From contig OZ024743.1 of assembly GCA_964016885.1 (NCBI GenBank), positions 310,620,001-310,684,000 of the forward strand: 64,000 nucleotides of DNA. Reading direction: 5' to 3'. The translations under genes were made by a program, and so were the position numbers. Shown piece by piece: positions 13,843 through 27,000 of this stretch. Numbering within the stretch: the first letter of the stretch is position 1; each line of letters begins with the position of its first letter. The notes under the pieces were generated by a model, which made no database searches, had not been told where the DNA came from, and saw only the letters and a list, made by a program, of their open reading frames with translations. The DNA is from Eledone cirrhosa (taxonomy: Eukaryota).

Positions 13843-15249
13843 CAATGTTTGTACATATAATTGACCTCCTATTCAACTGAAGAATCATACAGATACATAT
13901 ATATTCATGTGGTGGACAACAGTTTCATGTTTACAGTGTGGAATGGATGCGACATATATTATATTATACTATAATTTACAATAATTCAAATTAAGATTAA
14001 AATCAAAATTAAATTTAAAATTAAAATTAAAAGCATAGGGTGGAATACATGTGACAGATAATATAAGAGAATAGTCTAATAATTAAATTAAAGATATAGT
14101 ACATGCGTTAGTCATATATAAAGGAACGGAACAAGCAAATGTATCATGTATATATGAGTACTGTATGGCAAGGTATTACATGAATTAAAAGCACTTTAAG
14201 CAAATATGTTAGTGAATTATGGTGGTTGGAATGCGAGGATATTTTCTGTATAGTTCAAATTTGTATGTGTGTAGAAAAAGAAAGTTACAGATTTCACATC
14301 CATTACATAAGTTACCATATATTTGTATTGAATGTTTGTTATAGTAATATATTGCAACTTAGTGTTATTTAATCCATATTTATAGATTAGAGTTGTTCAG
14401 CTGCGAACATTTTCAACGGTTTAATATCCGGAAGTGGGTATGGAATTAAGGGGAGCTAATGCGTAAGGGGAGGTAACTAGCTCATTATAATAATTAAATT
14501 CATTGCTCTAATAGACATTATATGGTGCCTCAATTGAGTCCCTTATATAAAAAGTTATATATTTATATTTAATTTTAAATACAGTCTACTCTCTCATAAT
14601 ATATTAAAGGTTTCATTAGAAAGTTGTCTACCCAATATTATATAGTACCATAATTGAATTTCCCATACAAAGTGCTATATATTTATATTTAATTTAATTT
14701 CAAATACAGTCTACTCTCTCAAAATATATTAAAGGTTTCATTAGATTGTTGTCTACCCAATATTTGGTAAGCTATGGAATAACGTATAGCTGTTTGCATG
14801 ATAAATTAGATACATCTCTTGAGCAAATAAATTCATCCTTTATATACAATGTTATTAATCTATACATTTAATTATAAATGTATATATAATTCATTGTTCC
14901 ATATTATATTTAAGTTAGATAAATCCCTTATGTTAATAAATTAATGCTATATATACATTTAATTATAAATGTATATATAATTCATTGTTACATGTAATAT
15001 TTAAAGTTTATATAAATTGTATTATATTTCAATCACTATATAATTATAAGTAATCTGAAGTAATTATATTAAAAGGTGGTGACTATAAGGATATTTCTAG
15101 AGTATAAAGTTATAGCTAAAATGATTTGTGTAGAGGAAAGTGTGGATAAAAGAGTGTAATGCAGTGATGGAAGGCAAGACCTAGAGGTGAAGTGCTAATG
15201 GTGGTGATGAGTTCAAATCTGACATTGTTATATACTAGGTTTAAAGTTT

Positions 15250-17660
15250 TGGAAAGTGTGTCGGAAGCGGTGTTGGCACGATGCAAACACTTCCGATTTG
15301 TTATTAAGGAGGTTAAGATTCGAAAAGATTATAGTATGGGTCTCTAGTAGACAGAGGTTACAAAATTTATTAGGTGATTTATACGATGCAGCCCTACCTA
15401 CTACTTCCCATTGAAGTGTATATGATCTATTCCTAGTTTTCAGATAGTGTATGTAGCTAGATAGTGAAGTGGAGTTGGCTAGATTGTCTTTTTGAAAGAA
15501 TGGAGGTGTGAGTTGTATCTCGTCTTGAAGCAGATCGAAGTAGAGCCTATATAAGTTTTAGAAGAGTTGTTAGTGTTGACCGTGCATGAGTAAATGATGT
15601 CCTTGATTAAGCAGTTGTTACCTAAAGGGCAAGTTCTATTTGATCTACAGTTACATTTATTTTGGATGTTATCTTGTCGGTTATTATGTTGTGTAGAAGT
15701 CTGGTTGTTAGGGCTATGATGGTTGTCGTTCCTAATGTTATTGATTTCATTAGTGTTATTACTATTATTACTATTGTTATTAGGGTTTGTAGTTATTATG
15801 TTGTTTTGAAAGTTTACCTCCTGCTGTGTTTTAATTTGTTGAAAATAAGTATTAATCTTTCTTTTATTACTACTAGCTATATGGTATGCTATATTATGTG
15901 TGGTAGAGTAGGAGATTTTAATGGTGTTTTTATTTATAAGACTATGGTACTTGTGGCCAGATGGGAAGTTTTTTTTCCAGGATTGAGAAGAAAGCCTTAG
16001 ATAAGTTGGTAGAGACGTTTAGATTGAAAGGGGGATTAAAAAATGTATTAGTTCTTCTATTTTTGTTTTTTTATATCTATTGGGGTGTTTCTGTTTATAA
16101 TATTTTGGTGTCTACTTTGGTGCGAGTTAAGTTTTATATTACCCTTCGTATTAGTGTAAGGGTGGTTATTATTCTTATTACTATTTTTCCTCATGGCCAT
16201 ATTGTGAGAAATAATGTTGTAACCATGTGATTTTATAGGTAGGAACTCAATCCCATTATTATGGCCTGATTTAGCTAATGTCTGATTATAGTATTGTGAA
16301 TTATTGCTAAATATGGTTTCTTTATAAGATAGATTAGAGATTATATTAGATATTCCTTTCGTGATTGAGTTTAATATGGATCTAGGGTGGTTAGACTTGG
16401 TATCTACATAAATTAGTTTTTCGTTAGGTTTATGAAAGGGTGTATATATTTTAGAGTCTAGGTAAAGGGTAGCATCAAGGAAGTTAACATTTTTAGTATT
16501 TTTGTCTATGGTGATACTTAAGTTATAGTTTTTGAAAGTTTTATGTAATAGTTTCCTAGTTCTTTCTATATTAAATTTGTTATAGTCTATAAGGAGTAGT
16601 GCATCATCGCGGTATAAACCACTGTTGAGGTATGGTAGGTCTTTATGGATTTCATTTAATAGATATAGGCCCACCAAATCAGTGACCTGCGCCGAGTCAC
16701 TAGATCCCACAGTTATGTCAAAGTTGTTATGCGTATCCTTGCGGGTCCATAACTGATCTTCAAATGTAATTATCGTTTTACAGGCCGCAAGTATGACATC
16801 AATCTGGGATTTAGTCAGGTCACTATTGTTCATGGCCATAATGAGTGCCTTATTTAATAGGATAGGGGAAATAGAGGTGTATATGAATTGATATCAAACT
16901 GTATAATTTTTTTATTTTTGTTCTCTTTAATATCCTTAAACCATTCAATAACTTCACCTGTATTTCTCCACTGTTTAAGGTATATTTTGTGCTTAATCTG
17001 TGGGATGATTTTATCTAAAATGTTCATACTGATAATGCCAACATCAGATTTGGAAGGGCAGATTAGTCTTATCGAAGGGTTACTAATGAAATCTTCCTTA
17101 TGGTCCTTCAGAAAGAATCTTGGGGGGTTAGGGGTGTATGGCTGAAGTCCCAATTTAGACACTATACTACGGCCTTCCAAATTAATATCTTCTAGGTTTT
17201 TAATAGTAGTTTTCTTATAGCTCCTGCGTAGTTCTTTATATATAAATTTTCTATAAGTATCATATTCTAGGCTATATATATTATTAGTTTTATCTGCATG
17301 TACAATAATTTCATTATTTGTATTGAATCCTTTAATAGAGGAGTTAAGTTTGTTTAAGAAGGTGTTGTTTCTATTACGATGCTTTTTGTATTTAATGTTC
17401 TTAACTAGTTTTATTAGGTCATTTTCAAAAGAGTTTAATAGTGTGTTGTGAGGAGGGCTTTTAAAAGTTTTAAAGCCGAAGGAGTCAAATTTGTTAGTAT
17501 CATCAGTTTTGTTAGATCTGTTTTTATCATAATGGAATGTCCTCCATCTCACTCTATTGATAAAGGAGTTGACACTATTGATCAATAATATTTCGTATGT
17601 ATCTTTAGATGGTATAGGTATGTTCTTAGTAGACATAGGACGGTAGTCTTTGATCAGCAT
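15250..17660 (-). pseudogene. PLE RT/GIY-YIG ORF, frameshifted
   Basis: IQFDI.SY, FDITVGSSDSAQVTDLVG, LYRDDAL, VNFLDATL, SNHP. C-terminal CNC....CPL..NCL..DIIY...TYIGST..CNLCLLE read manually at ~15270-15660. Confidence 0.9.
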
Positions 17661-17888
17661 ACTGGTAATTTAATGTATGTTAGCTCAACAGTATGGAGAA
17701 GTTAATAATATTAAATATACTATTTATAGATATGTATATACTATACTATAAACAACTATAAACAGGGAAGGTCAGTAATTTATTATTATCTTATTACCAG
17801 TAAGATAAATAGCTCAATGTAAGACCATCAGTTGTTTTACAGAGCAGTAATATTGAATACACAAGAATCAAAGTTATGTTTAAAACAT

Positions 17889-17944
17889 TTAATCGCTGAC
17901 AATTGTTTCTTCCAAACCTAGGCATGGAGTCTTCGGAGCATTAA
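17889..17944 (-). ncRNA. HHR in 5' pLTR (CCGAAGA core variant)
   Basis: Same motif as 13787-13842, with intact stem I GCT/AGC and GUC cleavage triplet. Confidence 0.7.
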
Positions 17945-18015
17945 CAATGTTTGTACATATAATTGACCTCCTATTCAACTGAAGAATCATACAGATACAT
18001 ATATATTGATGTTGT

Positions 18016-19661
18016 GGACAACCTCCACCTCATGCGATACATCATAGAGAGGGTGGTTAAAGAACCTGGCACGGGTAGGGCCCTGATCAACTTGGATCAA
18101 TCCAAAGCATTCGATAGGGTCTACCATTGGTACCTGGCGGCGGTTCTCGAGGCAGCCGGTTTCGGGCCCGTTTTCAGGGTTGGATCGCAGCAATGTACAG
18201 CGACATATGCTCAGTTGTGAGGGTGAACGGTCACCTGTCGCAGCAGTTCAGCATCATTCGCTCAGTCCGCCAGGGTTGTCCCCTCTCGTCCCTCTTGTAC
18301 GTATTGGCTCTCGAGCCGTTACTGCACAAACTGGGGGCGATGAGGGGCGTCCCACGCGAACTAGGATGCGGGAAATTCGAGTCGGCTTACGCTGATGACG
18401 TCACCGTGGTGGTGTCGAGCACCAGACACGTCCACATGCTCGGCACCGCTCTCAAGGAATACGAAGCGGTGACAGGAGCAAAGATAAACCAGGAAAAGTC
18501 GGTGGGCTTGAAGATTGGCAACTGGAGAGGCAAGTCCATGCCGTCCGACAGCGTCGTGGGGCGTTGGACGGACGGACCGATAAAATTGCTCGGTGTCTGG
18601 TTCGGACCGGACCTCCAGATGAAGAAAAACAGGAACGAGGTGACGAGCAGGGTGGCCTCCCTCACCCAGAAATGGGCCGAGAGGAAGCTGTTCCTGAAAG
18701 GCCGGGCGGAGGTGGCAAATGCGTACATCGCATCCGTCATCTGCTACCGCCTCACCGTCGTCCCTTGCTCCAGCGCAACTCTCACCAAAATGGAGCGCCT
18801 CCTCTTCCGCTTTTTGTGAAATGGACGCGCTCCCATGGTCAGACCATCCATCTGCTGTCAACACCCGTTGCGTGGAGAACTGGGCATGCCATGGCTGGTG
18901 ATGCGCAAACATGCGCTAAGGCTGCGACATCTCGGGTGCTTCCTTGATGGTGAACAGTTGTGGTCGCCGTTCGCCAGGCACGTTTTCCCACAGCTCGTCT
19001 CCTTGACGGAGCTGCAGTCCTGGGTCAGAAAAAGACCGAGGGATAGCGCTTGGAAACTGGAATGTCTCCAGGCGCTCACTGCCCTCTGCCAGCTGGGCAC
19101 CAGTATCGGCGGAACATACACCTCGGCGTTCTATAGAGGACTAGTGGAGGGGAAGAGCGACGACATTCTCGGAGAGACCCTGGGCGTCGAAGAAGATCAG
19201 CTGTTTGCTCTATTCCGGAGAACTTTCAGCCCGGGGCCTATGGATAACTTCCAAAAATCCATGGCCTGGCAGTGCTACCGAGGAGCGTTGCCCTTTCGAG
19301 ATAAGCTCTACAGGCACGGAAGTGCCGTCAGCCGAGCATGTCCCAGATGCGCGCAGAGCGACGAAACCGTCGTGCACGCACTCGTTCAGTACCCGAGCAT
19401 TGCTGACTTGTGGAGCTATGTCGAACAGTTGCTGTCGCGTGTAGAACTGATCCGGTTGTCGACTGAGTCCATTGTGCAGATAGTCTCGCTGTCTACCTTC
19501 GAGGTGGAAGGGCAGGCGGTTTTCATCTGCCTGATGGCTATGGTGAAAGAGATTGTGTGGTGGACAAGGTTAAAAGGGTTAAAGACAGACACTTTCCTCT
19601 TCGGCGAATCCCTAATTAACTTTTTCAAGTTTCACTTGAGGTGGAAAATCAGAGTGGAAAG
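18016..19661 (+). pseudogene. Tx1/L1-clade LINE ORF2 fragment (RT + C-terminal Zn knuckle)
   Basis: LDQSKAFDRV, VRQGCPLS, AYADDV, GELGMP, CPRC..SDETVVH; homologous to 35860-37500. Confidence 0.92.
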
Positions 19662-22600
19662 TTTGTTGAAATGAATATCAAGCCACTACCTGTAGCCTAA
19701 GATATTCAGGACGTATCGGAGGATTCTTGCTGTTCCCAGCAAGCATGCCTTTTGAAGCGTTCCAAAAAGCGTCAAGGGGCCAATTTTCTTTAACCATCCC
19801 TGGAAACTTTTTGAGATAGTATCTAGTGCGCCTATGACAATCGGGACCACTTTGACTTCATGGCAGTTCCAAATCGTTTTTACCTCCCACTTTAAATGCT
19901 GGTATCGGTTAATTTTATCCCTCTCCTTCTCTTGCACTCTCGTGTCGAATGGGCAGGCCACATCCACAATCAGGCACGATCTTTTTTCATTGTCCAAAAC
20001 CACCATGTCATGTCTATTATGTTCCAGGTTCTTGTCCGTCTGTATCCGAAAATCCCACAGCAGCTTCACCTAATCGTTTTCTATCACCGACGCTGGCGTA
20101 TGCTCATACCACTTCTCAGAATGTGGTAAATTGTTTACTTTGCATAGGTGCCAGTGGATCACCCTTCCCATCACATCATGTCTCCAGCCTTTATAGTGAG
20201 TCTGGGCTAGGTGTTTACACTCGGATACAATGTGAGCCACAGTCTCCTCTCTCACCCCACAGATCCTGCACAGTGGGCTAGCCTCTTCCTTGTAAATATG
20301 GTGTTTCAACCACTTCGTTTTGAGGGCCTGCTCTTGCGCAGCCATAAGCATTCCTTCTGTAGCCTTTTTAATGTCTCCTCTTTTCAACCAGTTCCATGCC
20401 TGTGGATCTCTGAATTCAGTTTTCTCAAAGAAGGTACTATGAAGGGATTTTTCATGAAGGCTGCTCTTTCTCCTTGTTGTTATTTGCTCCTTGGACATCG
20501 CCTGGTCTATTGTCCTCTCCTTCAGTACAATTCTGAGCATTGGCTCCTTACTATCAGTCACGTATTTGTGTAGGTTGTTTTTCTCCATCTGAACACAGTC
20601 CTCTATGCTGATAAGACCTCTTCCACCTTCAGATCTCCTTAAGTAGAGACTATCGACATCACTCCTCTTGTGGAACATGTTGTAGATAGTCAATAGCTTC
20701 CTAGTCTTCCTATCCATATAGTTTTGTTCAGCAACATTCCATCTCAGACTTCCCGCAATGTACCTAATAATAGACACAGCTCGGGAATTTACTGCACTTA
20801 TGGCATTCCTGCTGTTCTGATGTGACTTTAATACGCTCCTTATTCTCCGAATGTATTCAGATCTTATCAATTCCTTCATTTTTTTGGTTCTTGATGTCAT
20901 CAGCCTCCAGATCCCCCAAATACTTGTATCCTTCTTCAGTGTCAATTTCCTTTGTCATATCACCTGTTGGTACCTGGATTCCGTTGCTTCTGCTCAATTT
21001 ACCGCTCTTCATCACAAGGACTCCACACTTACTAATACCAAATTGCACACATATATCATTGCTGAAAATACGGACAGTGTCAACAAGCACATCCAACTCC
21101 TTTTCACTCTTCCCGAAGAGCTTAAGATCGTCCATGAAGAGGAGGTGATTGCTGGTAAGCCCTCCCTTTCCCAACTTGTATCCTGCTCTCACTTTTCGCA
21201 GTATAATGGTCAGGGGCATCAGGGCAAGGACAAACAACAGACGGGACAGACTATCTCCCTGGAAGATACCTCTCTTGATCTTCACGCTTTCCAAGGATTC
21301 TCCAGCTGATGTTAACTCTGTTTTCCAGGACTTCATACTTTTGCCCAACAACTGTCTGATGTTATCTGCCACCTTGAAGATATCTAGTCTTTTGGTGATC
21401 CAAGAATGAGGCACCATGTCAAATGCCTTTTTGCAGTCTATCCATCCCATGGCAAGACCAGTGTGTCTCCTCTTGCAATTCCTCATTACCATCTTATCAA
21501 TAAGTAACTGGTCCTTTGTACCACGGGACTTCTTTCGGCATCCTTTCTGTTCGTCCGGTAACAAGTTGTTTGTGTGGAGGTGATGCTAGATTTCCTCAGA
21601 CATAATGCTTGTCAACAGTTTCCACATTACGGACAGACATGTGATAGGTCTATAGTTGGTAACATCATTACCCTTGATTCGGTCTATCATTAACAGAACT
21701 GTGGTACCTTTTGTCAACCACTCTGGTACCTCACCTGACATCAAGCAGTCATTGAACATGGTTGTCAGTTTCGGGTGGAGGGATGTTATATTTTTAATCC
21801 AATACCCCTGCACACCATCTGGGCCTGGTGATTTCCAGTTGGTTAGTTTTTTGGCCTGCTCATTAAGAGTTTCAACTGTGATACTCAAATCAGTTTGTTG
21901 GTGTGCCTGTTCACTAATCTCATTTTGTACTGTCTCAATCCACACTGCCTGGTCATTATGTTTAACATCCTGCTCCCATATTCCTCTCCAGAATGTCTTA
22001 GTTTGTTCCGCCTCAGTGATCAAGTCGTTGCCTCTTTCTTTCCCTTCAAGCTGTCCAAACAGCATCTTCTGGTTGTTGTCAAACATGCGGTTCTGTCTAT
22101 ACTGACTGACTCTGCTCTCGTACCGCCTAATGTTTGCACTCTTTGCTACAATGCGTTGCTTCAGTTCCTCTATGATAATATTTAGCTTTTTCCTCCTAGT
22201 TTTGTACTTTATTTCCAGTCTATTTTTAGTGTCTATGTTTTTTAGTGTCCCATTCAATAGGGACTCAAGCTATCCAATGTCATTTCTCATTTCCCTGATT
22301 TGACCATAAAGTCGCTTCTTCCACCAAGATTCTGATCTTTCTTGTTTGTTGTTTCCTCTCGCTTGTATGCCAAGTAATTTCCTCACCGCATTTGCTGTTG
22401 CTTTGAGGTATATTGTTGCACTGGTGAAGGCTCCTCGCCTCAAGGTATGGGATGACTTTGTTTACCTTAGCTGTTGTTTCTTTTAACTTTTTCCTGTCTA
22501 CAAATCTTAGGTTCATAGGTTTCCCACTATCATTGTTCAATTCATCTACCACTAAGTTTAGGATATCAACCAAATCTTGTCCTAGCCCGTCAGCATTCAT

Positions 22601-24042
22601 CTCCTCAATGGCCGTATCTCTGTTCCAGGTATTATTTATTTCAGCATTCAGATCATTGTCTGCTTTGGATGGTTCCTCCGTTCTCTCAACCTCTTCACCT
22701 TCATTTCCCACTGGCTCGTTTGCCTGGCATACTCCACTCTCCATTTCCAACCAAATCTCTCTGCTCAGCTCCTCCAGTTCCAGCTCGCTTATCCACCCAT
22801 TAGTTCTTATTACCCGAGCCTGCCCGGCCAATTTTTGTTCATCTAATTTAAATAGACTAATCTCGTTCCAGATGTTATGCATCCGTTTCCTATAGCCTTT
22901 CTCCTTGAGGTTACTCTTCAGGTAACATTGCATAACAGTTCTATTCAATTCTTTCGTCCAGTTGGTTCTGGTCCCTTTCCTTCTTCTTCTTCCTCCGACA
23001 CCAGCATTATTTGGTTGACAGCCAGGTCCCTGCTGCTGAGCCAGGGAGCACCTGCTAGGTGAGAGTCTGTCACATGACATTCCAGTCTCCACTTCATCGT
23101 TATTCGAACTGTTTAGGTTCGACATTTAAACACTCTTATCGAGGATTGGTGAATGTTTGGTTACATAACCACCGGTGATTTCCTCACCCTCGGTGATTTT
23201 AATGTGGCACTATCACGCTGTAGACGAACATAAATAAACAAACAAACAAATAGGTAAAAAAAAACAAAAAAGAATAAGCATAAGTTTCATTGTAATGTAA
23301 TGTTTGAATGTCTGACTTTTTTTGGTTTCCCTTCTCTGTCTGTCTGTTTGTTTTTCTTTTCATTTTCTTTTTCTTTACGTTTTTCGTTGTTGCTGTGCTG
23401 TTTTGATTTTGATTTTTGGTTTCTTGATTTTTTGACCGGGTCATCAAATCAGTCTAGTTATATCTTTTGATGCCTTCCTCTTTTAGTGGGGACACTACGA
23501 TGCATGTCTTAGCAGGAGGTAGTGGGAGAAAATAGCGGCGGTAGCGATAGTGAGGCAGTGGTGGTGGTGGTGGTGTTGGTGCTGTGCTAGTAGTACTTAG
23601 CAGGAGGAAGTGGGAGAGAATTGCGGCGGTAGCGATAATGAGGCAGTGGTGGTGGTGATGTGATCGTAGTACTGCAGTGATGGTGTTGAAGTTGAAGTAG
23701 AAATAGAAGTTAAGGTAACTTGACTAGAGTTTTTGGCGTGGTAGTGGTGATGGTGGCGGTGGTGGTGTTGGTGATGAAATGATTTGCCATTTAGCTATTT
23801 AGCCATTTTGCCATTTTCCTCTTTTTCGACTATAACATTTCTGATCCAAAATTAAATATTAAACATTGGGGCCCTATGCCATAAAGTGATGCGTTATGGC
23901 TTGCTGAGCGCTAAAAACTGTAATCTTATACTTCATTTGTAATAAGAATTAATCTATCACAGTTGTTTTAAATAAGTAAAAATCAAAAACTTACGGGAGC
24001 GATTCCATAACGATATATATCCACCATGTGCGTTTTCTTCCC
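19655..24042 (-). mobile_element. R4/Dong-like RLE non-LTR retrotransposon, copy 1 (near full length, decayed ORF 23125-19686)
   Basis: R4-type N-terminus (W..E.N..VM.CY..YRKRM..EQKLA.Q.R), [63 protein letters not shown] motif. 5' end joins (TAA)n. Confidence 0.92.
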
Positions 24043-24073
<31 letters not shown>

Positions 24074-24083
24074 GTTGTTATTA

Positions 24084-27000
24084 CTCTTTGAGTCTCAGTC
24101 ATTGATGTTAGTTAACTGGAAAGTTTGTTGAAATGAATATCAAGCCACTACCTGCAGCCTCAGATATTCAGGACGTATCGGAGGGTTCTTGCTGTTCCCA
24201 GCAAGCATGCCTTTTGAAGCGTTCCAAAAAGCGTAAAGGGGCCAATTTTCTTTAACCATCCCTGGAAACTTTTTGAGGTAGTCCCTAGTGCGCCTATGAC
24301 AATCGGGATCACTTTGACTTCATGGCAGTTCCAAATCCTTTTTACCACCCAGTTTAAGTCCTGGTATCGGTTAATGTTCTCCCTCTCCTTCTCTTGCACT
24401 CTCGTGTCGAATGGACAGGCCACATCCACAATCAGGCACGATCTTTTTTTCTTTGTCCACAACCACCAGGTCAGGTCTATTGTGTTCCAGTTTCTTGTCC
24501 GTCTGTATCCGAAAATCCCACAGCACCTTCACCTGATCGTTTTCTATCACCGCCTCTGGCTTATTCTCATACCATTTCTCAGAATGTGGTAAATTGTTTA
24601 CTTTGCACAGGTGCCAGTGGATCACCCTGCCCATCACATCATGTCTCCAGCCCTTATAGTGAGTCTGGGCTAGGTGTTTACACTCTGATACAATGTGAGC
24701 CACAGTCTCCTCTCTCTCTCCACAGATCCTGCACAGTGGGCTAGTCTCCTCCTTGTAAATATGGTGTTTCAACCACTTCGTTTTGAGGGCCTGCTCCTGC
24801 GCAGCCATTAACATTCCTTCTGTAGCATTTTTAAGGTCTCCTCTTTTCAACCAGTTCCATGTCTGTGGATCTCTAAATTTAGTTTTCTCAAAGAAGGTAC
24901 TATGAAGGGGTTTTTCCTGAAGGCTGCTCTTTCTCCTTGATGTTATTTCCTCCTTGGACATCCCCTGGCTTATTGTCCCCTCCTTCAGTACAGTTCTGAG
25001 CATTGGCTCCTTACTACCAGTCACGTATTTGTGTAGGTTGTTTTTCTCCATCTGAACACAGTCCTCTATGCTGATAAGACCTCTTCCACCTTCAGATCTC
25101 CTTAAGTAGAGTCTATCGACATCACTCCTCTTGTGGAACATGTTGTAGATAGTCAATAGCTTCCTAGTCTTCCTATCCATTTCTTTTTGTTCAGCAACAT
25201 TCCATCTCAGAATTCCCGCACTGTACCTAATAATAGACACAGCTCGGGAATTTACTGCACTTATGGCATTCCTACTGTTCAGATGTGACTTTAATACGCT
25301 CCTTACTCTCCAAATGTATTCAGTTCTTATCAATTCCTTCATTTTTTTGTTCTTGATGTCATCAGCCTCCAGATCCCCCAAATACTTGTATCCTTCTTCA
25401 GAGTTAATTTGCTTTATCATCTCACCTGTTGGTACCTGGATTCCGTTACTTCTGCTCAACTTACCCCTCTTCATCACAATGACTCCACACTTACTAATAC
25501 CAAATTGCATACATATATCATTGCTGAAAATACGGACAGTGTCAACAAGCACATCCAACTCCTTCTCACTCTTCCCGAAGAGCTTAAGATCGTCCATGAA
25601 GAGGAGGTGATTGATGGTAAGCCCTCCCTTTCCCAACCTGTATCCTGCTCTCACTTTTAGCAGTATAATGGTCAGGGGAATCAGGGCAAGGACAAACAAC
25701 AGAGGGGACAGACTACCTCCCTGGAAGATACTTCTCTTGATCTTCACGCTTCCCAAGGATTCTCCAGTTGATGTTAACTCTGTTTCCCAGGACTTCATAC
25801 TTTTGCCCAACAACTGTCTGATGTTATCTGCCACCTTGAAGATCTCCAGGCTTTTGGTGATCCAAGAATGAGGGACCATGTCAAATGCCTTTTTGTAGTC
25901 TATCCATCCCATGGCAAGACCAGTGTGTCTTCTCTTGCAATTCCTCATTACCATCTTATCAATAAGTAACTGGTCCTTTGTACCACGTGACTTCTGTCGG
26001 CATCCTTTCTGTTCGTCCGGTAACAAGTTGTTTGTGTGGAGGTGATGCTAGATTTCCTCAGACATAATGCTTGTCAACAGTTTCCACATTACGGACAGAC
26101 ATGTGATAGGTCTATAGTTGGTAACATCATTACCCTTGATTCGGTCTTTCATTATCAGAACTGTGGTACCTTTTGTCAACCACTCTGGTACCTCACCTGA
26201 CATCAAGCAGTCATTGAACATGGTTGTCAGTTTCGGGTGGAGGGATGTTATATTTTTAATGCAATACCCCTGCACACCATCTGGGCCTGGTGATTTCCGG
26301 TGGTTAGTTTTTTGGACTGCCCCTTAAGAGTTTCAACTGTGATACTCAAATCAGTTTGTTGGTGTGCCTGTTCACTAATCTCCTTCTGTACTGTCTCAAT
26401 CCACACTGCCTGGTCATTATGTTTAACATCCTGCTCCCATATTCCTCTCCAGAATGTTTTAGTTTGTTCCGCCTCAGGGATCAAGTCGTTGCCTCTTTCT
26501 TTCCCTTCAAGCTGTCCAAACCTCATCTTCTGGTTGTTGTCGAACATGCGGTTATGGCTATACTGACTGACTCTGTTCTCGTATCGCCTGATTTTTGCAC
26601 TCTTTGCTACAATGCGTTGCTTCAGTTCCTCTATTGTAATATTTAGCTTTTTCCTCCTAGTTTTGTACTTTATTTCCAGTCTATTTTTAGTATCTATGTT
26701 TTTTAGTGTCCCATTCAATAGGGACTCAAGCTTTCCAATGTCATTTCTCGTTTCCCTGATTTGACCACTCAGTCGTTTCTTCCACCAAGGCTCTGCTCTC
26801 TCTTGTCTGTTGTTTACTCTCGCTTTTATACCAAGTAGTTTCCTCACCGTACTTGCTGTTGCTTTGAGGATATTGTTGCACTGGTGAAGGCTGCTCGCCT
26901 CAAGGTATGGGATGACTTTGTTTACCTTAGCTGTTGTTTCTTTTAACTTTTTCCTGTCTACAAATCTTAGGTTCATAGGTCTCCCACTATCATTGTTCAA

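Larger units (their letters stand above)
13751..18022 (-). mobile_element. Near full-length Penelope-like element (YRDD-type RT, GIY-YIG) with 170-bp direct pLTRs
   Basis: Direct repeats 13751-13920 and 17853-18022; disrupted ORF between them; 3' end abuts (TA)n. Confidence 0.92.

Noticed and set aside
23990-24045. HDV-like ribozyme at the R4/Dong 5' end
   Set aside because: Could not build the nested double pseudoknot by eye.
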